In this document: in pieces, positions 26,712-37,000 of the stretch
Layout of the letters: the number at the start of each line of letters is the position of its first letter
Position numbering within the stretch: the stretch's first letter is position 1
NCBI GenBank assembly: GCA_964642415.1
Contig: CAZXOQ010000001.1
Span: forward strand, 1-48,780
Reading direction: 5' to 3'
DNA: 48,780 nucleotides
Source: an uncultured Christensenella sp.
Lineage (GTDB): Bacteria; Bacillota; Clostridia; Christensenellales; Borkfalkiaceae
Position numbers and translations under genes: made by a program
The notes under the pieces: model-generated
The model's input: the letters and a program-made list of their open reading frames with translations, nothing else
Told to the model about the DNA's origin: nothing
Database searches by the model: none

Positions 26712-27990
26712 TTTCGACCTCCTTTGAGTTTTCGTAAAGATAGCAAGCAACCTTATGCGTGTCGCTCACGTCGATAAGCGAAGGATATTCGCTCGCGCAT
26801 TTTTTAGAACAACGCTCGCAACGATCGCGGAAATAGCAATAATCGGGCATATCGATAGGATTAGGAACAAACCCCGGTATACAATAAAGCTCGTCCGTTT
26901 CGTCGTCTACGGTGGGCTTGCTCTTTTGCAAACCTATCGTATAAGGATGCATCGGATGATCGAATATATCTTCGGTTGTACCCATTTCTATTATTTTGCC
27001 CGCATACATAACCACAACGTAGTCAGCCATTTCGGCAACGACGCCGAGATCGTGCGTTATAAGCAAAATACTGCTTTTGTTTTTTTCTTTAATATCGCGC
27101 AATAAATCGAGTATTTGCGCCTGAATAGTAACGTCCAACGCGGTGGTAGGCTCGTCAGCAACAATAAGTTTCGGATCGCATATAAGAGCCATAGCAATCA
27201 TAACTCTTTGGCGCATTCCGCCGGATAATTCGTGCGGATATTTTTTATAAACGCCTTCGGCATCCGCAATGCCTACCCTGTTAAGCATTTCTATACTGCG
27301 TTGCTTAACCTTATCTTTAGGTAAATCGGCTATATGAAGCTTAGATACTTCGTCTAACTGATTGCCAATGGTAAAAACGGGATTAAGCGAAGTCATCGGC
27401 TCTTGGAAAATCATAGCGATTTCTCTACCGCGAACGTTTCTCATGGCTTCGGTAGGCATTTTAGCAATATCAACTACCTTTTCTTCCATTTCGAAAAGAG
27501 TGCCGCCTAAACCGTTTTTGCATTTTATGGGCTTACCTTTTTCGTCGGTTTTAATTTTGTCACCGTCTTTTTCATAAACGGGGATTTTATTGCCGTGTTC
27601 GTCACGCTTAAACGCGTTTGATTTGAAACGAATAGATCCGCCGACTATTTGACCGCTCGGACCTTGAACCAGCTGCATAAGCGAAAGAGAAGTTACGCTT
27701 TTGCCGCAACCGGATTCACCTACTACGCCTACGGTGCTACCCTCGGGAATAGAAAAAGTAACGCCGTTTACAGCCTTAACCACGCCCGTATCGGTAAAGA
27801 AATACGTCCTTAAATCGTCAAACTCTACAAGGTTTTTAGGATTTTGCATTTCGGTGGTATATTCTTTTTCGTCAACCTTGCGTTTTTTAAGTTTTTCGTA
27901 ATACTTAATTTTAGCGGAATTTTCTTTAGAAATTCTACGTGATTCTTTAGCGGAGATATAATGAGATTTTTTTTCTATATTTTCAGCCAT
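26701..27990 (-). CDS. oppD: Oligopeptide/dipeptide ABC transporter ATP-binding protein (OppD-type) with N-terminal extension and internal insertion
   Basis: Walker A is GESGCGKS, the signature is LSGGMRQR, and Walker B is [12 protein letters not shown]. The C-terminal Cys cluster is [14 protein letters not shown]...ACY. Compared with canonical OppD it has a ~50-aa Lys-rich N-terminal extension. It also has a ~45-aa insert ([46 protein letters not shown]). Confidence 0.85.
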   Translation of the reverse strand: MAENIEKKSHYISAKESRRISKENSAKIKYYEKLKKRKVDEKEYTTEMQNPKNLVEFDDLRTYFFTDTGVVKAVNGVTFSIPEGSTVGVVGESGCGKSVTSLSLMQLVQGPSGQIVGGSIRFKSNAFKRDEHGNKIPVYEKDGDKIKTDEKGKPIKCKNGLGGTLFEMEEKVVDIAKMPTEAMRNVRGREIAMIFQEPMTSLNPVFTIGNQLDEVSKLHIADLPKDKVKQRSIEMLNRVGIADAEGVYKKYPHELSGGMRQRVMIAMALICDPKLIVADEPTTALDVTIQAQILDLLRDIKEKNKSSILLITHDLGVVAEMADYVVVMYAGKIIEMGTTEDIFDHPMHPYTIGLQKSKPTVDDETDELYCIPGFVPNPIDMPDYCYFRDRCERCSKKCASEYPSLIDVSDTHKVACYLYENSKEVENDR

Positions 27991-27996
27991 ATTATA

Positions 27997-29076
27997 TCAC
28001 CTCTTTGATTTGGGATCGAAAGCGTCCCTTAGCCCGTCGCCGATAAAGTTGAACGCAAGTATTGCAAGCGTAATGCACACGCCCGCGGGAATCCAAAAAT
28101 TAGGATAATAATTTAAGTACTCCGATTTGGTTGCATAGTTTATCATACTGCCCCACGTCGCCGTATTAAGCGGTGCGCCGAGTCCTAAAAAGCCGAGCGT
28201 CGCTTCGGTAAGAATTATACTGCCAAGCCCTAACGTCATAGAAACGATAAGCTGCGGCAAAACGTTTGGTATAAGATGGTGAAATATCTTGCGCCACGCG
28301 GAAAGCCCCGTGCATTTTGCCGCAAGCATAAACTCTTGCTCTCTTAAAGACAAGATTTGACCTCTGACAAGTCTTGCCGTGCCTGCCCAACCCATAAGGG
28401 TTAAAATACCCATCATATAATATAGTCTAGATATATCTTCTATTCCGAGCGAAGTAAACATCGCTGATAAAATAAGCATTATCGGCAACTGCGGAATACA
28501 ATACAAAATATCTACGATACGCATTATAAGCTGATCTACCCATCCGCCGAAATAACCGGCAAGACCGCCCAAGAAAACACCGATAAGCGTTTCAAGAAAA
28601 ATAACGACAAGACCTATCGTAAGAGAAATTCTGCCGCCGTACATAAGACGGGTTAAAATATCTCTCGCATAGTCGTCGGTGCCAAGCCAATGGCTTCCGC
28701 TAGGATCGGCTTTTACGTTAGACGTTGTGGGCGTAACCGTTATAAAATAGCCTTTTATAATCTCTTTTTCGCCGTTTTCGTTGATAATTTCAAACTCTAT
28801 GGGTGCAGTTGTAACACTGTCTTTGCCTTGAGTCCCGTCCATATAATCTTCAGAATAAGGCGAAAAAATCGGACCGAGAAACGAAAAAGCAAACAATACG
28901 ACAAGAGTTATCAATCCGAAAACCGAAAGCTTAGAACGGAAAAATCTTTTCATAACCGTTCTGCCGGGCGAAAGGACCTTTACTCTATCCGTAAGATTTT
29001 CACCGTGCAAGTCGTCGCCTTCGGGAATAAAATCGGCTTTTTGTTCTTGAGAAATTATTTTATTTTCTTCTTCCAT
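27997..29076 (-). CDS. oppC: Peptide ABC transporter permease (OppC-type)
   Basis: The N-terminal pattern is ...MKRFFRSKLSVFGLITLVVLFAFSFLGPIFSPY and the C-terminal pattern is NFIGDGLRDAFDPKSKR. The protein has multiple TM segments. ATG is preceded by AAGGAGG. Confidence 0.85.
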   Translation of the reverse strand: MEEENKIISQEQKADFIPEGDDLHGENLTDRVKVLSPGRTVMKRFFRSKLSVFGLITLVVLFAFSFLGPIFSPYSEDYMDGTQGKDSVTTAPIEFEIINENGEKEIIKGYFITVTPTTSNVKADPSGSHWLGTDDYARDILTRLMYGGRISLTIGLVVIFLETLIGVFLGGLAGYFGGWVDQLIMRIVDILYCIPQLPIMLILSAMFTSLGIEDISRLYYMMGILTLMGWAGTARLVRGQILSLREQEFMLAAKCTGLSAWRKIFHHLIPNVLPQLIVSMTLGLGSIILTEATLGFLGLGAPLNTATWGSMINYATKSEYLNYYPNFWIPAGVCITLAILAFNFIGDGLRDAFDPKSKR

Positions 29077-29088
29077 AATAAGCCTCCT

Positions 29089-30171
29089 TTATTTACCGAG
29101 CTTAACGCGCGGATCGACAACCGCATACATAAGGTCGGTTAGTATTATACCTATAACGGTTAAAACGGCAATAAACATATTATACGCCATTATAAACGGA
29201 ACGTCGCCGACAAGCATTGCCTGATACGCTACGTTACCTATACCTTGTATATCGAAAACCGTTTCGGTTATCATAGCGCCGCCGAACAAACTAGGAATAA
29301 TACCTGCAAGCGTTGTAACAAGCGGAATAAGAGTATTTCTAAAAACGTGTTTATATACTACGGTTTTTTCAGATAAGCCCTTTGCCCTTGCCGTACGTAT
29401 GTAGTCGGCATTTAAAACCTCTAACGTGTTAGTACGGGTATAACGCATCATAGACCCGACCGACAAAATGGTTAAAACCGCAATCGGCAAAACAAGGTGC
29501 CACAATTGGTCTAAAATATTTGTTGCCGAACCCATTCCGCCAACGGGAAACCACCCTAGATTAACGGCGAAAATCTTTATCATCAAGCTTCCGAAGAAGA
29601 AAGACGGAAAAGAAATACCGATCATCGTTAATAAAGTCGTGATATAATCGAGCTTACCGTATTGATTGCACGCGCTTTTTATGCCGAGCGGTATTGCGAT
29701 AATAAGCTGAAGAATTAAAGAAATGAGCGAAATTGCAAAAGAAGTGCCCATATATCTTGTTATAACGTTTGCTACGGGCTGATTGTACTTAAAAGAAGTG
29801 CCTAGATCGCCCGAAACAAATTTTCCCAACCAACTGCAATAACCCGCAATAATACTTTTAGCGGAAGCTATAAACGCCGAAGTGGTTTTTATATTTCCGT
29901 CTTTATCGTATTTTTGTTCGCCGCCGCGGAAAACTTTGTTCCATAAATCGCTGTAGCCTTGCGCTTTAACCTCGTCTAAATCTTCGAGATTGCTGTCTAA
30001 CATAAGCTGCTTTAATTCTTCGGAATCAACCGCAACGTTGGTATGCGTGCTGTAATATTGATTTTCTATATAGTTAACTGGCATAATTCTAACCAGCGTA
30101 TAAAGTATAATCGATACGCCGAATAGCATAAGCAACGCTAACGATAATCTTTTGATAATATATTTAAACAT
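29089..30171 (-). CDS. oppB: Peptide ABC transporter permease (OppB-type)
   Basis: MFKYIIKRLSLALLMLFGVSIILYTLVRIMP and the C-terminal LTDLMYAVVDPRVKLGK are typical of OppB/DppB. It has an enlarged first external loop. Confidence 0.85.
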   Translation of the reverse strand: MFKYIIKRLSLALLMLFGVSIILYTLVRIMPVNYIENQYYSTHTNVAVDSEELKQLMLDSNLEDLDEVKAQGYSDLWNKVFRGGEQKYDKDGNIKTTSAFIASAKSIIAGYCSWLGKFVSGDLGTSFKYNQPVANVITRYMGTSFAISLISLILQLIIAIPLGIKSACNQYGKLDYITTLLTMIGISFPSFFFGSLMIKIFAVNLGWFPVGGMGSATNILDQLWHLVLPIAVLTILSVGSMMRYTRTNTLEVLNADYIRTARAKGLSEKTVVYKHVFRNTLIPLVTTLAGIIPSLFGGAMITETVFDIQGIGNVAYQAMLVGDVPFIMAYNMFIAVLTVIGIILTDLMYAVVDPRVKLGK

Positions 30172-30206
30172 CTCTTATTCCTGTTTTAAGGATTATTTTA
30201 TATACC

Positions 30207-30241
30207 GCTTTTACCGCGCGTTTCCATCGCGCGGTAAAAGC
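30207..30241 (-). promoter_or_regulatory. Stable intra-operon hairpin between the binding-protein gene and the permease genes
   Basis: A 14-bp GC-rich stem pairs gcttttaccgcgcg (30207..30220) with cgcgcggtaaaagc (30228..30241) around loop tttccat. No U-tract follows on the minus strand. This position is typical of hairpins that uncouple binding-protein levels from membrane components in ABC operons. Confidence 0.45.
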
Positions 30242-30251
30242 ATTGCAAAAC

Positions 30252-32792
30252 TTAGTTGTAGTTAATTTCCCACATTCTTTCGGTAGGACCGGAATATTTG
30301 TACTCTACTTCTTTATGCAAAGTATTTGAATTAATTACGTTTTTGTTATATACCGCAAGATCCTTTCTTTGATAGGTCGGGAATTCAACCGCAAGATCCA
30401 TAACCAAATCGAGCGCCGCCGCATAAATATCGGTACGTTCCGATTGAGAGTTAGTTGCTCTGCCTAAATCGATAAAATCGCTTAAATCAAGTACGATTTG
30501 TTTTTCTTTCGGATATTTATCGGTATTTAAAATTTCGTCATAGTTCCAATTCTTACGGTTGGTAGTTTTGCTGTCTTTATGATAAATTTGATACATATCG
30601 GGATCTACCGTAGAAGACCACGCAGCAGCCCATACCGCAAGCTCGCCCTTTGCAAGTTTTTTAAGAGCGGATACGTCCGTACCGACGGTTATTTTAAATC
30701 CACACTGATTAAGAATTGTTCTTGCTTTTTCAAACATAGCCGCGGCAGGGTGATCTTCAGTTTCGCCGGCTATAGTAAACTTATATTCAAGTTTATGACC
30801 GTTTTTCTGATAAATACCGTCGCTCCCCTCAGTATATCCTGCCTTTTTAACTAATGCTTTTATATCTTCAACAACGGTATTAGCGTTATACTTATAGTAT
30901 TCTTCTGTTGTTTTTTCATCCGGATAAGCCCAAGAAAGCTTTGTCATAGGACGAATAATCTTTTCAGCCATATTTCCGCCGTAATAAGTGCCTATTATCG
31001 TGCTGGTATCGAACGCCGTCATAATAGCTTGGCGAATTTCTAAATCGGGAACGTATTTGGGGTTGATACCAACGTAACCGTAGCCGTTTGCCTTATATTC
31101 TATTGCCGCAAGATGATCGTGTTTACCTACTTCGTTTACGTTAGACGGTTTTGCGTTAGGCGTACCGTAATCGATAGATCCCTCTATAAGACGGTTAAGA
31201 ATGTTGCTATCGCCAACCTCTTCATAAACAAATTTTTTGATTTTAGCGTTACATTGCCCGCTACCGGTTGTTTCAAAATACTCGTTGCGTTCAAAATACA
31301 CCTTTTTGCTCGTCCAAAAATCAGCGGGGTTTACATCAGAAGGTTTATTACTATCAGTTCCTCTAGCAGTAGAGGCTCTGTATGCGCCGGCACCTACGGG
31401 AAGAGCGTTTTTCTTATCAGAGCCCAAAACGTTTTTAAAGAAATCGTTGTCTCTTGCTTTAACGCCGTAAGGATAGTCTGTTGTATTAGCTATAGTTTCC
31501 GCATCGGAATAATAATGCATAGGCGCAACCGCGAACGCAAAGTTCCATATAGCTTTAGGATCTATTCCGTTGATGGTTATAGATAAAACGTCATGCTGTT
31601 CTTTAAGCTTAACTTTATTTACACCGTTAAATTCAGAGGCTTTATAAGTTTTTATACCGCTGATATCTTTAACGCTGTCTTTTTGATCGGCAAAGAATTT
31701 AGACTGTTCTTCTAAAAACCAATCGTCAAAAATATTAGAACCGGTAGACATGCCGTACAAAATAGTATATACGCCGGACTTTATAGAAGTATCGTCCGCA
31801 TAGTTATCGTAAACGATTTTTATAGCTTCGGCTTTTTGTAAAGCTTCTTTTGCAACGGCTTCGCTGCAATTATTATGCGACGCTTGATATTCTTTTATTT
31901 TATCGCTAGAAGCAGCGTCAGCCATCATTTGAGGATATTCGCAATTGTCTTCGTTAAGTTGCGTAATATATTTACCGTTAGCGTCCTTTTTGGCTTCATA
32001 GTTGCCGCTGCTGTTTTTTTCGTATTGTTCGCCGATTATTCCCTCAATATAAAGGAAAGACTGCCAATCTTCGGTAAAAGAATAGTTTTCTTCATAAGCC
32101 TCTAAACCGCCGACGTTACCGTTCCAATCGGATTCTAAATCCGAACGGAAACGAGTACGGATTTTGTCTAAATCAGCTTGCATTTGCGCCGTCAATTCAA
32201 CTTCACCGTAACTGTCTTGCGACCATTCGATTATGTTGTTTATACGTTGCTGAGCGTTCGCGCGGAATTTCTGATCGTTATCTACACCCGTATCCGCCAT
32301 AGTCGGATCGTTGTTGCGGTAAGCCTTAAGCCCTTGAATATCAACCGAATATATGGTAGAAGAACCGCTGTACATAGGATCGAGATAAACGTATAAGTTA
32401 AATAATACGTCTTTTATAGTGAGGTCTACGCCGTCACTAAATTTAATTCCGTTTTTAATAACAAAATCGTAAGTAGTGCTTTCAACGTTGCCGTTAACTT
32501 CCTTAGAGGTGATTTTATAATCTAAAACTACCGTAGGATAATCTTCACCGCAAGCGACGTTTCCTTCGTTATCGGTTGCAAGCATTCCGATTTGCGTAAC
32601 GCCTGCAATCGTTGAGTCGGTTGCACTTGTTGCAAAAAACGGGCTGAAAGTTCCGTCAAGCGCACTTATAGAGAAAGTTAGCGGACGGGTTTCGGGATCA
32701 TAGGTTTGTTCGCTATCGCCGCAAGAAGTCATTGATAACAACATCAAACTTGCAAGAGCGATTGCCCCGATTCTTTTAAATAAATTTTTCAT
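30252..32792 (-). CDS. Unusually large (846 aa) family-5 peptide/nickel-type substrate-binding lipoprotein
   Basis: The signal peptide and lipobox are ...LLSMTSC. GIKFSDGVDLTIKDVLFNLYVYLDPMY matches the SBP_bac_5 N-lobe pattern. The gene is the first in the ABC block. It is roughly 300 aa longer than typical OppA/DppA. Confidence 0.8.
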   Translation of the reverse strand: MKNLFKRIGAIALASLMLLSMTSCGDSEQTYDPETRPLTFSISALDGTFSPFFATSATDSTIAGVTQIGMLATDNEGNVACGEDYPTVVLDYKITSKEVNGNVESTTYDFVIKNGIKFSDGVDLTIKDVLFNLYVYLDPMYSGSSTIYSVDIQGLKAYRNNDPTMADTGVDNDQKFRANAQQRINNIIEWSQDSYGEVELTAQMQADLDKIRTRFRSDLESDWNGNVGGLEAYEENYSFTEDWQSFLYIEGIIGEQYEKNSSGNYEAKKDANGKYITQLNEDNCEYPQMMADAASSDKIKEYQASHNNCSEAVAKEALQKAEAIKIVYDNYADDTSIKSGVYTILYGMSTGSNIFDDWFLEEQSKFFADQKDSVKDISGIKTYKASEFNGVNKVKLKEQHDVLSITINGIDPKAIWNFAFAVAPMHYYSDAETIANTTDYPYGVKARDNDFFKNVLGSDKKNALPVGAGAYRASTARGTDSNKPSDVNPADFWTSKKVYFERNEYFETTGSGQCNAKIKKFVYEEVGDSNILNRLIEGSIDYGTPNAKPSNVNEVGKHDHLAAIEYKANGYGYVGINPKYVPDLEIRQAIMTAFDTSTIIGTYYGGNMAEKIIRPMTKLSWAYPDEKTTEEYYKYNANTVVEDIKALVKKAGYTEGSDGIYQKNGHKLEYKFTIAGETEDHPAAAMFEKARTILNQCGFKITVGTDVSALKKLAKGELAVWAAAWSSTVDPDMYQIYHKDSKTTNRKNWNYDEILNTDKYPKEKQIVLDLSDFIDLGRATNSQSERTDIYAAALDLVMDLAVEFPTYQRKDLAVYNKNVINSNTLHKEVEYKYSGPTERMWEINYN

Positions 32793-32821
32793 TTTTATAT
32801 AACCTCCGTTTGTTGGTTGTA

Positions 32822-34099
32822 TTATAATACTATTATTATCGTGGGATTGTTTGAAACGGTAATACCGCTCGGTAACGATGAGGGAGCAATCGGCAAATAG
32901 TCTTTTGCAATAGAACTTAACGCTTTACCGTTAAAATTGCCACCCTTTGTGTTTATCTTCATACTGCCGCCGTCAATAACTAAATTGCTAACTTTAGCTT
33001 TTTCGCTTAACCCGTTATAAATAAAGTAAGCATTAAACTCGGTATTATTGTTTTTAGCAGTGTATTCACAAGTAAAATCTTTTACCGTTAAATCTGAAAT
33101 AATCGCATTATCGGTTATATTGCCGAAAAGCGAAAAATTACTGCCTGGTTTATCCACTTGAACTTGGCGAAGCGTTAAACCGGAAATGGTATAACCGTTG
33201 CCTTGTATCACACCTGAAAACTCAATATCGGGCGTGTTTGCAACGGACTCATTTAAATCGGCAACAATACTGTTTTTGATAAAGAATTTTCCGTTCACAA
33301 CCGTTTTGTCGTCTACCTTTACGCCCGTAAACATTTGATATAATTCCGAACTTTTAGAGATAACCTTCCATTCGCCGGAAAGATACTTTGCGTAAATCTT
33401 AACGTTTTCTTCCTCTCCGGTGGCTTCTATCGGCCAAGTGACTTTTTGCGTACAATCCGCGTCTTTATAAAACTCTGCAAAAACGTAACCGTCAGGCGAA
33501 CTGACGCTAGAAGGTTTACCCGTAAATAAATCCATTTTAGGCTCTTCTATCTTCTGCGTTGTTCCGAATTTATATTCTTTGATAATATCGCCTGCGTTAT
33601 ACGTTTTATCTTTATAAACAAGCTTATCTCCAATACTATCGTCGGACGCAAGCAAAACTTCTAAAACTTGATTGCGAATCCAATGCGCGTATAAATGAAG
33701 ATCTTCACCTTCGCTTAATCTATACGTATCGAAGTTAAATTTTTCACCTAGCGCAACGATACCGTTTTCTTTATCGGTATAAACGATTTCTCCGTTGTCG
33801 TCTGTCTTGGCAAAATACCACCCCTCTAACGTATGATTATCACACGAAACGGTAAACGTCCCGCTTGCGGAAATTTGCAAACCGACGGCATATACGTATG
33901 GCTTGCTATACCACATCGTACCAACGTCGCTATTGTTGTTAAACTCTCCGCCGTTGGCATGATAAGTTACCGATGCGGTAAGATTATATCTCTCTTTCTC
34001 TTTTTCTAAAGAAGGACCTAAAGAGCATGCCGAAGCGAAACAACATACGAAACAAAGCGTCAGTGCGATAAGCAATATTTTTTTTATTTTATGGCTCAT
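32822..34099 (-). CDS. Surface lipoprotein (425 aa) with Listeria-Bacteroides (Flg_new) repeats and a GLUG-type starter unit
   Basis: ATG 34099..34097 overlaps the protease stop (ATGA). The lipobox is CFASAC. Flg_new-like patches are VTYHANGGEF...LEGWYFAKTDDNGEIVYTD...LHLYAHW and PDGYVFAEFYKDADCTQKV...IYAKY. FSGVIQGNGYTISGLTL...FSLFGNITDNAIISDLTVKDF resembles the entry unit of the GLUG region in the 1367-aa protein. Confidence 0.8.
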   Translation of the reverse strand: MSHKIKKILLIALTLCFVCCFASACSLGPSLEKEKERYNLTASVTYHANGGEFNNNSDVGTMWYSKPYVYAVGLQISASGTFTVSCDNHTLEGWYFAKTDDNGEIVYTDKENGIVALGEKFNFDTYRLSEGEDLHLYAHWIRNQVLEVLLASDDSIGDKLVYKDKTYNAGDIIKEYKFGTTQKIEEPKMDLFTGKPSSVSSPDGYVFAEFYKDADCTQKVTWPIEATGEEENVKIYAKYLSGEWKVISKSSELYQMFTGVKVDDKTVVNGKFFIKNSIVADLNESVANTPDIEFSGVIQGNGYTISGLTLRQVQVDKPGSNFSLFGNITDNAIISDLTVKDFTCEYTAKNNNTEFNAYFIYNGLSEKAKVSNLVIDGGSMKINTKGGNFNGKALSSIAKDYLPIAPSSLPSGITVSNNPTIIIVL

Positions 34100-37000
34100 C
34101 GATTATCTTCTCCGTTGTTTTTTTCTTTTTTCAAAGTATCTTTGCGATCTCCTATAAACTTAAACGCAATCGCGATAAGAATAAATAACACAGCAACAGC
34201 GTATCCGCCAACGTCAACCGTTGCGCCGCAACCGCTTGAGGGTTCGTCTACCGGTTGTTCGTTTGAATCAGCGGCTTTTACGTTTACGGCAACGAATAAT
34301 TCAGTCGTTTCGCCGTTTTCGTTAGTATAATTTATCGTAACGTCACTGTTATACGTGTATAACGCACCCGTAGATACAAGCGTCAATTTAGTTGAATCTA
34401 TAATTTCGGTTGATCCGTCGTCATACATTACGGTCACGCTTAAGCCGCTCATATCGAAGGTTTCGCCTTCAACGTAATCGATTTTATACCCTTCGTTTGC
34501 GGTTATATATTGAATTCTAACGGTAACGCCGTAAAGCTTTTTGATAGCACGCATTTGATTTTCTACCGAAGTCAAGCGGTCTACGTATCCGTCTTTAATA
34601 AATACCTGCTGAGATTTGGTTACGTTGCCGTACAGTCTGCGAACTTCTTTTACGGTTTCGGAAAAAGATTCTACGTCAGCCTTATACGTTTGCGTATCAC
34701 CGTTTTTAGCCGTTGAAAGCCATAACGAAAGCGTTTCGTCGCTAACAAGATTTTCCGCAGCGGCGTTAAAGCTACGCGTAACGTCGTCTATCAACTCACC
34801 GATAAGAGTTTTTGTGCCGAAGTATCTGCCGTATACGTAGTTATCGTATCCGACGCCGTTAGACGGATAATTTATTATAAGCTCGCTCTTTTCGCCCACT
34901 TTATCGGTATAATATACAAACAATTCGTCAAAGTTTGAATAATAATAGCTGTAAATCACGGGGTCGGTAAGCGGACTTTCCGAGTTGACGTATTCGTTTT
35001 GAATTTCGTCTACCGTAGAATTATATAACGTTTCAAGAACAGGCGCTTTAATGCTTTCAAAAGTATATTCGGTTATTCCGCTTCCGTAAAAAGCAAGATT
35101 ACCAATCAACTTTAAGCTATACGGGAATGAAATTTTAGCAAGCGATTCGTCGGTTGCTTCGATATTTTCACCAATCATATAGAAAGCGTAGTCGTCTATT
35201 CTCACCGTCCCGTCTACAACTTCGTATGAAGATTCGCTTACGGCTTTTGCCGTCGGATAACAAATAAGAACGTATCCGCCATCGGTGTTTTTATAAAGAA
35301 CGCCGTCTTTTGCAAAGAACAACTCGTTTTCTTTTGCTACGCTAATATTTTCAAGCTTGGTTGCGCAAGCAAAAACACCGTAACCAATCTCTTTTAGCGT
35401 CGCGGGTAAAGAAATTTCGGTAGCATGGTTTCCGTAAAGCGCCATATCGTCTATTTTTTCTACGACGGGCATCACGATTTTAGAAAACGCGCCTTTAGCG
35501 TTGCCAACCGCGATTGCAGCCATACCTATTTCTTTTACCGAGTTAAGCGTTAATTGATCTAGGGCGTTACAGTTATAAAAAGCGTAATCGCCTATCTTAA
35601 CTACTTTTGAAAGGTCTATATTTTTAAGTTTACCGCATTCGGCGAAAACATAGGATTCTATTTCGGTTATATTATTTAATTCAACGACCGTAAGAGCGGA
35701 ACAGTTAAAGAATACCGAAGTTTTTATCTTTGATATGCCGCTGCCGAAAATCACTTCTTCAAGAGATGCGCAGCCTTTAACGTTACCCGAAAAAGAGAAC
35801 TCTACAAACGTATAACTGCCTATATCGGTCACGTTATCGCCGAAAACCACCTTTTTGAGAGAGTTGGCTTTACCGAAAACATACGTGCCGGTTTTTTTAG
35901 CGGACGGAACGGTTATTTCGGTAATGCTTTCGCATCCGTAGAATGCAAAGCTGCCTAAATTTTCAAGATTTTCGGGTAAACTGCTTATTTCAAGCACCTT
36001 ACAGTTACGGAACGCGCTATCGCCTATTATCTTAACGTTTTTGCCGAGAGAAATTTCCGAAAGGAAATTACAGTTTGCAAACGCATAAGCGCCAATTTCC
36101 GTTACGGAATCGGGGAGCTTTATCGTCGAAAGATAAGTGCCGTAAAACGCTTCCGCTTCTATTTCGGATATTTTTGAACCGCTTTCAAAGGTTATCGAAT
36201 TAAGTTTAGAGTTCTTAAACGCGCCTTTACCAATAGATTTTACGCTTGACGGAATAGTAATTTTGCCTATATAAGCGTCGGCAAACGCGTAATCGTAAAT
36301 AGCCGTAACGCTGTTTTCAACTATAACTTCGTCTTCCTCGTCAAGCAAAGCCAAAAGAACGGTTTTATCTTTGTTATAAAGAATATTTTTTTCTATAACG
36401 TAGTCGTTGCCATTAAGCTTTATATTCGTATAACCGCCGAACATTGCACCCGAAAGTTTAATTTGTTCTAACGCGAAATCGGAAGGAAGAATTATCTCGG
36501 TAATCGAGTTACCAAATAAAACGTTCTCACCCCATTCGGTTACGCCGCTCGGAACGGTAAACGAAGAAATATTTGTATCGGCAAATGCATAATCGCCTAT
36601 TTTACGAACTTTGCACCCTTTGATATATTCAATCTTAGCTAAACCGCTATATCTAAACGCTTCAGCCCCGATAACGTATTCGGTATCGTTTTGGTTAAGC
36701 GATACTTTTTTAAGTTTAGCGCAACCGTAAAACGCCTTGTCGCCTATCACGGAATTGTTAAGCTGAATATATGCAAGTTGCGTGCAATTTTTAAACATTC
36801 CGTTACCGATTGCTGTAAATTCGCCGGTGGTTATCGATGATAGTTTTTCACACTCGGCAAATACTTCTTCTCCGGCAACGTGCATACCCGTCAAATCCAA
36901 ACTTGTTAAAGATTTGCAACCGTAAAACGCTCTGTCAAACGCCGTGCCGATCGCTTGCGGTTTTATTATTTCTTTTAAGCTAGAACAACCGTAGAAAGAA

